From Octopus sinensis (Eukaryota): a stretch of DNA of 64,000 nucleotides. The position numbers and the translations under genes were made by a program. Each line of letters begins with the position of its first letter. Within the stretch, counting starts at the first letter, position 1. Below the pieces are notes generated by a model, which saw nothing but the letters and a program-made list of their open reading frames with translations, was not told the DNA's origin and did no database searches. The stretch is from assembly GCF_006345805.1 (NCBI RefSeq), contig NC_043001.1:103850001-103914000 (forward strand), given 5' to 3'. Below, in pieces: positions 13,901-27,430 of this stretch.

Positions 13901-14047
13901 CTAGCAATTGTACCCGATCTTGCTTGAATTTATAGGACGTATAAAGAGAACACATACGACCTGTGACCTAGTCTTTGACAAAATCGCAACTGTTTAGGAG
14001 CAATAGGACGGCTTGCAACTTATAACATTCACTCGGACATAATAAGA
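13901..14047 (-). mobile_element. Short non-autonomous Helitron candidate
   Basis: Minus strand starts TC and ends CTAG, between A and T; same end geometry as 40028-40420. Confidence 0.45.
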
Positions 14048-14359
14048 TGGACAAAATAACAGATTCGCCTTGTTGCTTGTAAATCTGCTTGTTCAAGAAC
14101 GATCCCGCAACCAAACAACAACAGCGGTTAGTTTCTCACCGATTCTAAGGACGGACCCAATAAACATTGGTTCAATTAGAAGCTGAATGGAAGAGCACAG
14201 GGAGAAGTATATTCGTATTTGTAACAGAATCAGGGATGCTTGACAGCCGGAATCCTCTTTCGATACAAGTCTGTTCGAATAAGTCCGACCCGACTCTGAA
14301 CAACTACAGCAAAATAACAATAGTAATGTGCGTGTGTGTGTGTGTGTGTGTGTAGATAA

Positions 14360-14493
<134 letters not shown>

Positions 14494-14644
14494 CAGACAG
14501 GTGGATGGATAGATAGATAGATACATACGTACATACATAGATAAATAGATAGATAAATAGATAGATACTGATTTAAATATTCATACAGATGGACAGACAG
14601 AAATAGAAAGATATGAGGACAGATAGAAGGCTGCAGGAATAAAT

Positions 14645-14705
<61 letters not shown>

Positions 14706-15525
14706 AATATATATATAATGCACAAAAGACTTGCCATAGTAGTAAGATTTCAAAATAGGGAGCATAGAAGATAATAAAGAAAGGAAGAAGCTGGATTTCA
14801 TGCCCAAAACAGATGAAGGTTAAACCTACCTTAGCTTTGCCTGTCATGAAATATTGGGGCTGAAGTGGTCAGCGATGCGAACAGCGGTTATAAACACGGT
14901 CCATTGTAAAATGCCAAGACGCGAGCATTACACGTGCTCATCACCATCATAGTCATCATCATAATCGCCGTCATCATAAGCATCATCATAGTCGTACGTA
15001 GTCTGGTAAGCGTCGTCGTCGCAGCTGTGGTGTTGGTCGTCGTCGTCGTCGTCGTCGTCGTGTAGACCGGCGTCATCGTCGATGTCATCATTGTCCTTTA
15101 AGTGAAGAACGACATCAACGCACACAACAACGACAACAAGAGCAACAGCAACAACAACAACAACGACGACAGCAAGCAAACGTAGAGAACAAACTAACAA
15201 GTCATTGGGAACCTCCTGCTGCTGCTGGTGTTGCTGCTGATGCTGTTGTTGTTGTAGATGTTATTAACGATGATGATGATGATGATTGATGATGATGTTG
15301 ATGATGATGTTGATGAGGATAAAGATGATGATGATGACGATGATGATGATAAATCCGAAGCTGGAGCTTAAAGGTGTCCAAGAGAGAAATATAATTGCAT
15401 ATATATATATATATGTGTGTGTGTATATATATATATGTGTATATATATGTATATATATATATATGTGTGTGTGTGTATATATGTATATATATATGTGTGT
15501 GTGTATGTATGTACACTACACAGAT

Positions 15526-15562
<37 letters not shown>

Positions 15563-15656
15563 ACGATGCAGAAATACAACTTCGGTGGATGTCACAGACT
15601 CGCGAAATAACAACACAAGCAGCAGCAACAGCAGCAGCGCGGTGGCAGCAGCAGCG

Positions 15657-15717
<61 letters not shown>

Positions 15718-15986
15718 ATGGTGCAGTATCAACACGAGCGCAGGCAAGGGCAGCGCTATGTGTGGCAGCAGCGGCTGCTGGAGCACCTTGCAATCGTATC
15801 AACAGAACAACAACAACAACAAAAAAAAAAAATCCCCACTTTGCTTGGTTTTAGCGGCGGCGATGGCGGTGGCGAACAGCAGCAGCAGCAGCAGCAGTAG
15901 TAGCAGCAGTAGTAGTAGTAGTAGTAGAAGGGAGAGACAGACACGCTAGGAAGAGTAAGAGAAGCGGAGTGTTTCTCGGAAGAGAG

Positions 15987-16021
<35 letters not shown>

Positions 16022-16087
16022 TGTGATCGAAAAATACTCGCTGTAGCAGCAAATTTAACTACAATGTCTTGTACTAGCAGCAGCAGC

Positions 16088-16125
<38 letters not shown>

Positions 16126-16337
16126 CAGTAGTAGTAGCAGCAGTAGTAGTAGTAGTAGCAGCAGTAGTAGTAGTAGTAGTAGTAGTAGTAGAAGAAGGTT
16201 TGCTCTCGTCCTTCTTTCCCTGTTGCTGAGAAAGTATAAAAAAAAGGGAGGGACTTGATACTGGGGAGAAGGGATTCCGGTGTGTGGGGGGGGCTGAGTT
16301 AGCTGTGATGGGGGTGGTCGTGGTGACGGTAGCGATA

Positions 16338-16383
<46 letters not shown>

Positions 16384-17232
16384 TGTTGTAGTAGTAGCAG
16401 CAGCAGCAGTGGTAGTGGTAGTAGTTATAGTTGTAGCGGTGATGGTGGTAGTGGTGGTGGTACTGCTGCTGCTGCTGCTGGTGATGGTGAAACTGTTGTG
16501 AGGATTCTGTTGGTGTTGGCACTGGTGCGTGGTGGTAGTGTTGCTTGTGGTAGCAATAACAGTGGTGCCACGGCGCTGGCGGTTTCGGTGGTAGTGCTGA
16601 CGATGGTGATGATGGTGGAATGTAATTGTTGATCGTCTCAGAGATGCTAATTGTGACGGAAGAGTCGGTGATGGCGCTGAGGAATTATGGCAATGGAACA
16701 ATTACAAGAGATAGTCATAGAGTTTCTGGTGCTGTTAGAATTGGAAGCGGTGGGGGTAGACTATGCACTACAGAGCGGCGAAGTCTTAAGGCTGTTGATG
16801 GAACCAGTCATAGAATCATTACCATTGACAGAAGAAGCACAATTGCCTTCTCAATCTTTACTTTTAGAAGTAATCTGAACTACTTACGACTTTTTGTCTG
16901 TCGCCAGTATCATTCCGTAGACGCGACACATGTGCCTATGCGGAGCATCAAAGGTGTGCGTGCGCGTGTGTATTATAATGCATTTTAATGGCGACTTTAG
17001 TAAACCGGTGATCAACGATGTTATCAACTGGGTTTTGAAAGTTATCTTGGTTATATGATATAGTCTTATGTTTATACATCAAATCTGTATATAGATATAT
17101 GTATATGTCTCTTCCTTTCAATTTCCATCTCTCCATCTCACTCTCTGGCACCCTCTCTTTCTCTCTCTCTCTCTCTTCATATATATAAGCATATATATAT
17201 ATGTATACATATACATTTACGTATACACACAT

Positions 17233-17272
<40 letters not shown>

Positions 17273-18147
17273 TATTCTGAACATACAATAACAGCCATAC
17301 CAACAATCCATCACACCCACATCATCAGCTCACCCCATGTATATAATATATATAAGTGTATATATACATGTATATATTTATGAAAGCTTTATGTGAATAC
17401 GTGTAACACACACACACACACACACAAAGACACACACATATATATATATGTATATATATATATAATTGGGTGTGTGTATGTATGTATGTATGTATATATA
17501 TATATTATATATATACATACACACACATATGTATGTGTATATATACATAGATAGATAGATGCATACATATATATATATGTATACGTATATACATCTATAT
17601 ATGCATATATATACACATCTATATATGCATATATATACACATCTATATATATATACACATACACATCTATATATATATACACATTTATATATATATATAC
17701 ATACACATCTATATATATACACATCTATATATATATACATCTATATATATATATACATCTATATATATATATAGATGTAGACTTGTTTTATTTATATTTC
17801 CTGAGCGCCATACTAATACAATTGTTCGTTTGTTTTCCACCTGCCTTCGTCTTTTGTTTATTTTCATAAAGCTTCCCGTTATATATATATATATATATAC
17901 ATCTATATATATATATATACATCTATATATATATATATACATCTATATATATATATACATCTATATATATACGTTTAAATATTTGTTGTGCAAGATTTTT
18001 TATGTGAAGTCGTGGTGTTGAAAATATATTGTTATATTTCGGAATGGTCATATTGCCAGTTTAGCCAATAAAACACACGCACTATATATTTGGTGTTATT
18101 TTGCTTCAGTGATATTTATTTTTTTACATTAATCTTAATCTTATTTC

Positions 18148-18192
18148 GGCCAAAGTTCTTTCGTCACACTCCTGTGACCGCATCAGTGGTCC
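18148..18192 (-). ncRNA. Degenerate minimal type I hammerhead-like motif in the PLE 3' region
   Basis: ggacca-CTGATGCG-GTCACA ggag TGTGAC-GAAAG aa CTT-tggcc; core position A9 reads C. Confidence 0.55.
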
Positions 18193-18501
18193 TTTGTTTT
18201 TTCTCACTTACTTGTGTCTCTCCTACTAACCGTCAGCCATTTTGTATTTCTATTGTATGTCTTCATTTGCGCATGCTATATCTCTATGTGCGTCTATGTT
18301 TATTTAGTGTGGGGGGGATGCCTGTAATATTTGTATCTTCTGTTATATACATTCTTGTAATTTGTATTGTGTTTTTGTTGTTGTTGCTTTTGTTCTAATT
18401 TTGTCATGTGTTTACATCCACCCATTATTATCATTACATATGCTTGTATGTATGTATACCAACAATATTAGTAATAATAATAATAAATCTAATCGAAAAA
18501 G

Positions 18502-18571
<70 letters not shown>

Positions 18572-19292
18572 CATATATACATATATATATATATATACAT
18601 ATAAGATATATATACATACATACACACATATATACACACATACACAATATATAAATATACACACATACATATATAAGTTATTCATTTCTATTTCTTTAAT
18701 TATCTGTGTATTTATTATGTTTGCAGGATCCACTATCGTCATATGTTGTGGTGTGTGCTATTGCTCCATTCTAGTTTTCTATTCAGGCTAGGTTTATTTT
18801 CTATTATATGTGTAGCTTCTTCTGTAATTGTTCATGTTGCATCTGTTCTATGGTGGACAATATCTTAATCTCTATGTTATTGATTGATCCCCCGTGTTCT
18901 TGTTCGGCGTGTTGGTACAGAATCGATGAGCTTTTACCTTCCTTGAGTGTCTCCAATGTTCATTCACCCGCTCTCCAATGCTTCTTGCTGTTTCCCTACG
19001 TATGTTACTGTCTTGTACTGCATCGTCCCTCTATACATCTTATACTATAGACCACATTTCTGGCTTTACAGTTTGTTTGTGGGCTAAATCTACATACAGT
19101 GCAATAGTTATCCGTACAGAGAGTTCTACTAAAAGGATAGGTTCTACCAATTATGATCTGATAGGGTGCCTGGCTTTTCAACAACTTAATTCTTAGTTTA
19201 AGTTTATCTAGGGTCCTTCTAAAGCGGTACGCCAGTTCACCTCCAGGGTGGTGTCAACGAACATGACACTCTGGTATTGGCTATCATAAGCA

Positions 19293-19690
19293 GGAGTGGC
19301 TGTGTGGTAAGTAGCCTGTCTACCAACCACATGGTTCCGGGTTCAGTCCCACTGCGTGGCACCTTGGGCAAGTGTCTTCTACTATAGCCTCGGGCCCCCC
19401 ACAAAGCCTTGTGAGTGGATTTGGTAGACGGAAACTGAAAGAAGCCCGTCGTATATATGTATATATATGTATGTGTGTGTGGTTTGTGTGTCTGTGTTTG
19501 TCCCCCTAGCATTGCTTGACAACCGATGCTGGTGTGTTTGTCCCCGTCACTTAGCGGTTCGGCAAAAGAGACCGATAGAATAAGTACTGGGCTTACAATA
19601 GAATAAGGCCCGGGGTCGAGTTGCTCGATTAAAGGCGGTGCTCCAGCATGGCCGCAGTCAAATGACTGAAACAAGTAAAAGAGTAAAGAG
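19293..19690 (+). mobile_element. tRNA-derived SINE family A, full length, inserted in the PLE ORF
   Basis: A-box-like tggctgtgtggtaag, B-box-like ggttcagtccc, internal (TA/TG)n, tail ...aaacaagtaaaagagtaaagag; PLE protein continues on both sides. Confidence 0.9.
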
Positions 19691-20289
19691 TATACCAAGA
19701 GTTGGCCTTCCCTATTTTCTTTTTTGTCCTTTCTATAGTGTTCCATGACTTGTTCCTATAGAGTGGGCAAATCCCATTCCTATCATTACATAATATATTA
19801 TCAAATTTCTTCATGGCTCCTTTGTATACTCTGATCCTTTCTTTATGGCTGTAACCTGAGAACTGCATGCGGTGAATGAAATACTGTATGTGTCTCTTTA
19901 ATTCTGTAGGCTCGCACATGCGTGACACATTTCTCATTATTCTGACGAGGTCCGCCATCAAAATATTGAATTTGGCATTGCCCCGCAATGGCTGAGTTCC
20001 GGTGGATCAGGTATTTTGAGGCCATAGGTTTTGCATAGTATGAATGAAGGATTTGGGTTTTATTTTTCACAATTTCTAGCCAGAGTTCAGTGTCTAGTAC
20101 TGGTAGTCTATGGTTGGGGTGTTTAGTGGGGTAGTCTATTGTGACCTTAATACTCTGGTGGATGGAGTTAGCTATTCGCTGGATGCTCTCCATAGTATTG
20201 GTTTCTATTACTATATCAACATTACTCTCTTGTGGGAGTGCCTTTACTACTATATTGATATCATCAACATAGCGAGAGTACATGAAATA

Positions 20290-20624
20290 TAACAATATAT
20301 ATATATAATCTATATATATATATACATCTATATAATACGTATATATACATCTATATATATACATCTATATATATATATAAATACATCTATATATATATAT
20401 ATATACATATATATATCTATATATATATATATATATATACATCTATATATATATACATCTATATATATATATATACATCTATATATATATATACATCTAT
20501 ATATATATATACATCTATATATATATATACATCTATATATATACATCTATATATATATATACATATACATCTATATATATATACATATATATATACATAT
20601 AATACATGTAGATATATATATACA

Positions 20625-20660
<36 letters not shown>

Positions 20661-20999
20661 TATATATGCATGTAATATATATATACATATATATACATGT
20701 ATATATATATTATACATAATATATACATGTATATATATATACATATATATACATGTATATATATGTATATATACATATATATACATATATATATATAGTA
20801 TATATACATATATATATATATATACCCACATGTATGTATATGTATATATACATATATATACATATATATATGTATATATACATATATATACATATATATA
20901 TACATATATATATACATATATATATATATACATATATATACACATATATATATATACATATATATAATACACATATATATATACACACATATAATATAC

Positions 21000-21032
<33 letters not shown>

Positions 21033-21167
21033 CATGCATATATAATACATATATACATATATATATATATAGATACATACATATATATATACATATATAC
21101 ATATATATAGACATATATATATATATACATATATATATATACATATATATATACATATAATATATAC

Positions 21168-21207
<40 letters not shown>

Positions 21208-21229
21208 TATTAATATACTAATATAATAC

Positions 21230-21260
<31 letters not shown>

Positions 21261-21444
21261 CATATACATATATATATATATATACTATATATATATATAC
21301 ATATATATATACATCTATATATACATATAATATATACATATATATATATGTATATATATACATATACATATATACATATATATACACATATATATATACA
21401 TATATATATTATATACATAATATATATAAAATATATATATATAC

Positions 21445-21492
<48 letters not shown>
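20290..21492. repeat. ~1.2 kb compound (TA)n/TACA/TATAGATG low-complexity array
   Basis: Directly visible; source of the Y/I/M-rich ORFs. Confidence 0.95.
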
Positions 21493-21495
<3 letters not shown>

Positions 21496-21904
21496 CAACT
21501 CAATCAACATTGAAGGACATTATCTATAATAGAGATACATATTACTAATATGAATCAATTACTAATCTGATTGTTATACCTTAGATAGACTACGTTCGTT
21601 TTAAGTTAAGATAAATTATTTCAGTGATTTCTACATGAATAATTTTGATTATCATGTTTGTATATAGGTTGCAAATAGTAAAATAGTTTTTATATAATTC
21701 AGACCTGAAGAATGGCAGTACAGTCGGATAGATAAAGTATTGAATTTCGAGACCTTCTATTTCAGCAATATCGATGGATTTATTCTCATGAAATGCTCGT
21801 TTTCTATCTAATCTATATATATCAGATAAGTAATTGCAGGCATTAAGTTGATAATGTTTAGTCTTATACATCTCTGAAAACTATATATATATATATATAT
21901 ATAT

Positions 21905-22449
21905 ATAGGGAGGGTTTACGAAAAAAAACATCAGATGAAGACAGGTGGTGTACAAAACAAACAGATGTATTAGCATAACGCTCAGAAATAGAAAAAGTCT
22001 TTTATGTTTCGAGCTTACGCTTTCTACAGAAAGGGACACAGAAAAAACAAGGAGCGAAACAAGGAGAGAAAATTGTGTGTAGTGGCTAACGATTTATCAT
22101 GGCGACTGACTTCGGACAGAAGGGTCACACACAGGAGGGAAGAGGTAGGGGAGATGACAAAGTAAAGATGACCCCCAGCACGCAGGTGCGTGTGTGTATA
22201 ATAGAGTATGTATGTGCGTGTGAAAGAGGGCTGGTGGTCTGGACGTGTGCATGTATGTATGTGTGAAAATGAGGGGTGGGTGTGTGGGTGGTGTGTTGTG
22301 ATGTGATGTGTAATGTTGTATGGTGTAGTGTGGTGTGATGTTGTTGGGAGGTGGGGGAGGCCCAGAGTGAGGAAAGCACGGGTGGGGTGTGGGTTCGGCT
22401 GGGGGTTGGGGGTTGTCGTTAAGCAGGGGGTGGGGGGTATGTGAGAAAG

Positions 22450-22450
<1 letters not shown>
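21905..22450 (-). mobile_element. Non-autonomous PLE-like repeat with a hammerhead-like motif
   Basis: Shares aaacagatgtattag...gtttcgagc with 48240-48410; related pieces at 17780-17880 and 23870-23934. Confidence 0.55.
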
Positions 22451-22486
<36 letters not shown>

Positions 22487-22508
22487 ACCATGTGATATAT
22501 ATATAATC

Positions 22509-22539
<31 letters not shown>

Positions 22540-23804
22540 ACGTGATCACATGACCGACCAGACTATAAGCTGTTGCCACACATCGCTGGTCACAATGCGT
22601 TCGCATTGTTTTAGCCTTCGAATGACGCCACCCCGCTGGCTAAGCGAGCAGGCCAATATATATATATAATTCATCAAGTACAGGACATGACCAACGACTG
22701 AAAAATACTTAAACACATAATGAGAGGCAACTACGGGACGAAATACCAAAAGAAGTCTAACCCCTCCTCAGTTGTCAGACTGCTTGTTACTACTATTTCG
22801 TGCTTTCAACGACAAGATAGTAAACCTTCATAAAACAGCAGCGTCCAGAAATTTTAAAAATATAAAATTTCTGGGGAGTCAGAGCTTCGAACGAACAAAC
22901 AACGACAGAGTGGACGTACAGAGTAAACAATCGACGAAAACAAACATTAAGGGCCGTTAGGCCAAGATGCATTGTAATGGGTAACGCCTGGGAGAAATTT
23001 TGAAAGGAGAAAGATAAATAGGAGAGAGGAGAAAAAAGGGAGAAATGAGAAAATTATGTCAACAGACGAGAAAAATGATGTCCAGATTGATGGATGTCGC
23101 GTCCAGAAAAGACAGAGGTGAGAGAAATGGCCTGTAGTCACGTGAGAGCAAGCAGGTAGAGGAGAAGCGGGACAAGAGATAGGATGAGGGAAACAAACAA
23201 AGGGAGTGAGAAGAGGAGAGACGGAACGAAAGATAGTAGGGAGTGGAAGAAAGACAGACAGGGGTCAGCAAAGGAGGGGAGAAACGGAAAATAAAGAGGA
23301 TTATAGATGGATAGAAAGAACGAAAGAAAGGAAAAAAATGAAAGAAAGAAGGAAAGGAGGAAAGAAAGGGAACAGAGAGTAGAGTCGCAGAAATTTTTAA
23401 TAAAAGTAAAAACTTAGCATGGACAAGGCTGCGTAGCGTTCTATTATAAATACATAAATATAAAAGACAAGTCCACGAGATCACCAACGAGTGAAAAATA
23501 GGAAACACACGAGACAAAAGTAGAGGCAAAATACGAAAAGATAATTCTTCATGAGTTGTCAGACTGCTTATTACTACTATTTCGTGCTTTCAACGAGAGG
23601 ATTGGAAACCTTCATAAAACAGCAGCATCCAAACATTTTTAACATACAAAATTCGTGGCGAGTTTGAGCTTCGAACGAAGAAACGACAGAGTGGACGTAC
23701 AGAGTAAACAGTCAACGAAAGCAAACATTAACGGCTGTTAGGCCAAGACGTATTGTAAACACAGACACACATAAACACACACACACACACACACACACAT
23801 ACAT

Positions 23805-23849
<45 letters not shown>

Positions 23850-24528
23850 ATATATAATACTGGACGCTGAACTCTACAAGTTTTTTTTCATTTTCTCTCT
23901 GTTTATTTCCTCTTATTCCTTTCTGTTGAAGAGCTTATATAAATAGTTTAAATAATAGAAAATGGAATGAACGGCATTGTTCATTTAAAATCTTTACAAT
24001 TGTTTCGACACATTTTTACACTTATAGTATATCGGTGAGACCTTGTGTAATTATTATCATCCCCCGAAGGTGTAAAATACACCTCCTTCTTTAAATCCTA
24101 CTGTCTTTTTGACCCATTCTCACACTGTCTGCATTTTCAGTGGGGTCTAATGAAGAACTTATTTAAACAATCACCTGGGAGGTTGTTTTAATAACTTCCT
24201 ATATCCACATTATTTCTTATATTATTGTATATGGCGCTAAGGTATCGTAAACTTAGAACAGAACATAAATTAACCATTAACACTTTTGTATAACTTGGGT
24301 CACCTTGTGCGCGTGTATATATACAGAAAATATCTTTGTTAGAAATAGAACAGCAGCACTGTTTATATACAAAAATCGACGCAGTTCAGCGCGGTGTAAA
24401 ATATTTTGATAAAAATATTATGGCTTCAGCGGCTATTCAATTATTTCATTTCTTTCAAGACTTTCCTCTAATAAAAAAATCACTCCACCTGTCCAGTTTA
24501 AACTGGATTTCTTTTTTGTTTCAGACAC

Positions 24529-24629
<101 letters not shown>

Positions 24630-24709
24630 GAACTTCCAACTTGTTGTCTCTTGAGGTCTCTGGATGAGACTTGGAGTCAACTTGTTCAAATGTAAAGCAA
24701 AAGTCAAAC

Positions 24710-24712
<3 letters not shown>
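24630..24712 (+). mobile_element. 83-bp 3' end of a Dong/R4-type LINE within (TAA)n
   Basis: Near-identical to the 3' terminus at ~25465-25550 of the adjacent longer copy. Confidence 0.8.
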
Positions 24713-24741
<29 letters not shown>

Positions 24742-24743
24742 TT

Positions 24744-25550
24744 AATAAATCTGAAATAGAAGGGTTTATCATAGCAGCTCAAGATCAATGCCTACCAACA
24801 AGAAACTACCAGGCCAACATATTAAAGAACGGCAGTAGCCCAACATGTGTATGTCAACAGCAAAATGAAACCATTGATCAGGTTGTCTCCAAGTGCAGTT
24901 TTCTAGCGCCTACAGAGTATCTCAACAGGCATGATAGAGCTGCACAATATATTCACTGGGTAATTTTCAAAAACCTGGATTTGCCCCATGAAAAAAACTG
25001 GTGGGAACACAAACCACCTCCAGTGCTTCAAAATGACCACCATATCTCACTCCTCTGGAACTTCACCATTCAAACTGACAGAAAGATAGATGCAAATAGG
25101 CCAGACATCACATTGAAAGACTTCAGACAAAGAACATGCCTCCTCATTGATATGACTGTCCCAATCAGCAAATGTGGAACCTGAAGACTAAAACAATACC
25201 TGTTGTCATAGGTGCCCTGGAAATGATAGCGAAAGGGGCTGATTGCTACCTAACTCAGATACCAGGAAACCCCAAAATGGCAGAAATTCAAAAGAGAGTG
25301 CTCAAGGGAACTGCTCATATCCTACGCAAAATACTTTCTATGTAATCTCAGGGTTTAAAACAACCACAATTTTGGTTTTTTTTTTTTAATATTTTTTAGA
25401 CATTCACTAGTACAACGCCAAAATAAAACAAATATATGGCACATTAGGCATAACAACAACAACATGAACTTCCAGCCTGTTGTCTCTTGAGGTCTCTGGG
25501 TGAGACATGGAGCCAACTTGTACAAATATAAAGCAAAAGTCAAACATAGA
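24744..25550 (+). mobile_element. Dong/R4-type (RLE) LINE, 5'-truncated
   Basis: EGFIIAAQDQCLPTRNY...ETIDQVVSKC...RHDRAAQYIHW...ANRPDITLKD...LLIDMTVP (Cys motif + PD..D restriction-like endonuclease); (TAA)n on both sides. Confidence 0.9.
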
Positions 25551-25557
25551 ATAATAA

Positions 25558-25631
<74 letters not shown>

Positions 25632-25834
25632 CAACAACAACAACAATAATAATATTAAAACAGAAAAGTAGTAGGAGTGAAAATTGGGAAAGGCGTGAGG
25701 TATTATTTGGAGAACAATGCTGAATCTTTTACTTAGCGATATGACTGTTTAATATTTCGTTGTGTAGGAGTTAAGAAACGTTTTTTCAGCCATTTTAGTG
25801 TAGATTCGATTTTCTATAATGATCTTTTACCTTC

Positions 25835-26035
25835 TACTTGTTCACTTCTTTCAGTGATTAGACTGCAGCCATGCTAGGGCAACAACTTGAAGAATTTTTA
25901 GACGAATGAATCGACCTCAGTTCTTTATATTTATTTATTTAATTCATAGTCTGGTAATTATTCTATCGGTCTCTTTTGCCAAACCGCTAAGTTACAGGCA
26001 TAAGCGGCTGTCAAGTGATGGTGGGGGCAAACATA
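25835..26035 (-). mobile_element. SINE family A 3' half
   Basis: cagtgattagactgcagccatgct...ctatcggtctcttttgccaaaccgctaagttac. Confidence 0.7.
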
Positions 26036-26123
26036 GTTACAAATAAGGACGTAGATACATAAGTGCGCGCGCGGAAGTGTGAGTGTATGAGAAGAGATGA
26101 CAAAGGAATAAATGAACTTCATT

Positions 26124-26204
26124 AGCTTACAGCTGTTTCGGATGTAAGATACAGTGGGCCCATATTTGAGTGCCTGAGTAACACCTTACATTTTCACCAG
26201 AGCC
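26124..26204 (-). ncRNA. Degenerate minimal type I hammerhead-like motif
   Basis: ggct-CTGGTGA-aaATGTAAG...CTTACATcc-GAAAC-AGCT-GTA-agct; palindromic ACAGCTGT stem III. Confidence 0.55.
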
Positions 26205-26399
26205 TCAAACATAAAATGCAATTTACTTAGGAATATAAATTCATCTAAGCATACATAGAAGAAGGCATTACCAAAGAGAAAGCAAATATGTTGGGGTCGA
26301 AATCCAGAGGCTCCTCCCACAATCAGAATAAGATTCATTCTAAGGTGCGGATAGTGATGGATATATGCAGAAATAAAGAATAAATAGATCTATCAGTAA

Positions 26400-26447
<48 letters not shown>

Positions 26448-26606
26448 ATAGAATGGTAAGACCAAAAAAGAATGAAAGAGACCTCGATATTATGTAAATA
26501 GAGGATTTATCTGTAAAATATGTGACAATTATTCGGTAGCCATAATAAAACTTGCTTTATATTGTGTTCACGTACAAGCTTTTTATCTCTACTATACTTA
26601 TAGTAC

Positions 26607-26661
<55 letters not shown>

Positions 26662-27160
26662 ATGATTATTTTACTCCTACGACTACGAATTTATTTTCGG
26701 CAGTATTATTTTGTGACTCACGTGGTAAAAAATTCTGGAGGGAAATACGAATTCACTTGTCTATATAAATGTGGATATGCTGATTAGCTTCTGTATGCCC
26801 CGATGTCGCCTGGTCGGAAATATGGAGCGTAAGATTTCCTAGCATTTCAAGATTTATCTACCGGAATATTATGTTGATAAAGGAAATGAATCTTTGATTC
26901 TAATCCAGAAACGTACGTCCATAGTTGACTGTGGACTGTTTGATTTTGTTATTTTTCTTCTTTTTTTGCCACGTAATGAGTTACAAATACTGTTGTCTGT
27001 GGAGACATATTTTTGTAGAAAAAGAAATAACAGTCCTCTGGCTGCTATTTCTAATACTTTCGGTTTGTGGTCTAGCAACTTGTTGCAAAGACCCTCTTTG
27101 TTATTTTTATATATATATATATATATATAAATAATATACATATACATATATATATATATA

Positions 27161-27283
27161 CTTTATTTAAAGCAGCAGAAAATTCAACAAAACCTATTAC
27201 TCTGAGTTTCCCGTTGCCGTTCAACGGCAACGGAAAAGTCAGAGTAACAGGTTATGTTGAACTTTCTGCTGCTTTAAATAAAG
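27161..27283. repeat. 123-bp near-perfect palindrome
   Basis: 61-bp arms with 5 mismatches around a central C at 27222. Confidence 0.9.
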
Positions 27284-27354
27284 CATATTACTCTACAACT
27301 GGTATTTGAGTACTCTTTTTTCCACCTTATTTCACATTTATGTGTTTACTCCGG

Positions 27355-27386
<32 letters not shown>

Positions 27387-27398
27387 ATATATATAGAT

Positions 27399-27429
<31 letters not shown>

Positions 27430-27430
<1 letters not shown>

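Larger units (their letters stand above)
18000..20290 (-). mobile_element. Penelope-like element (RT C-terminal half + GIY-YIG endonuclease + 3' pLTR-like region), decayed and interrupted by a SINE
   Basis: RYVDD at 20260-20274, LPVLDTEL, YAKPMASKYLIH, HRMQFSGY; downstream VVYSIRC...YVG(E)TARSIGERVNEH at ~18960-19055; frameshifted; hammerhead-like motif at 18148-18192. Confidence 0.9.

Noticed and set aside
16626-16988. 120-aa non-repetitive ORF
   Set aside because: No recognisable motifs, no supporting splice sites or partner exons
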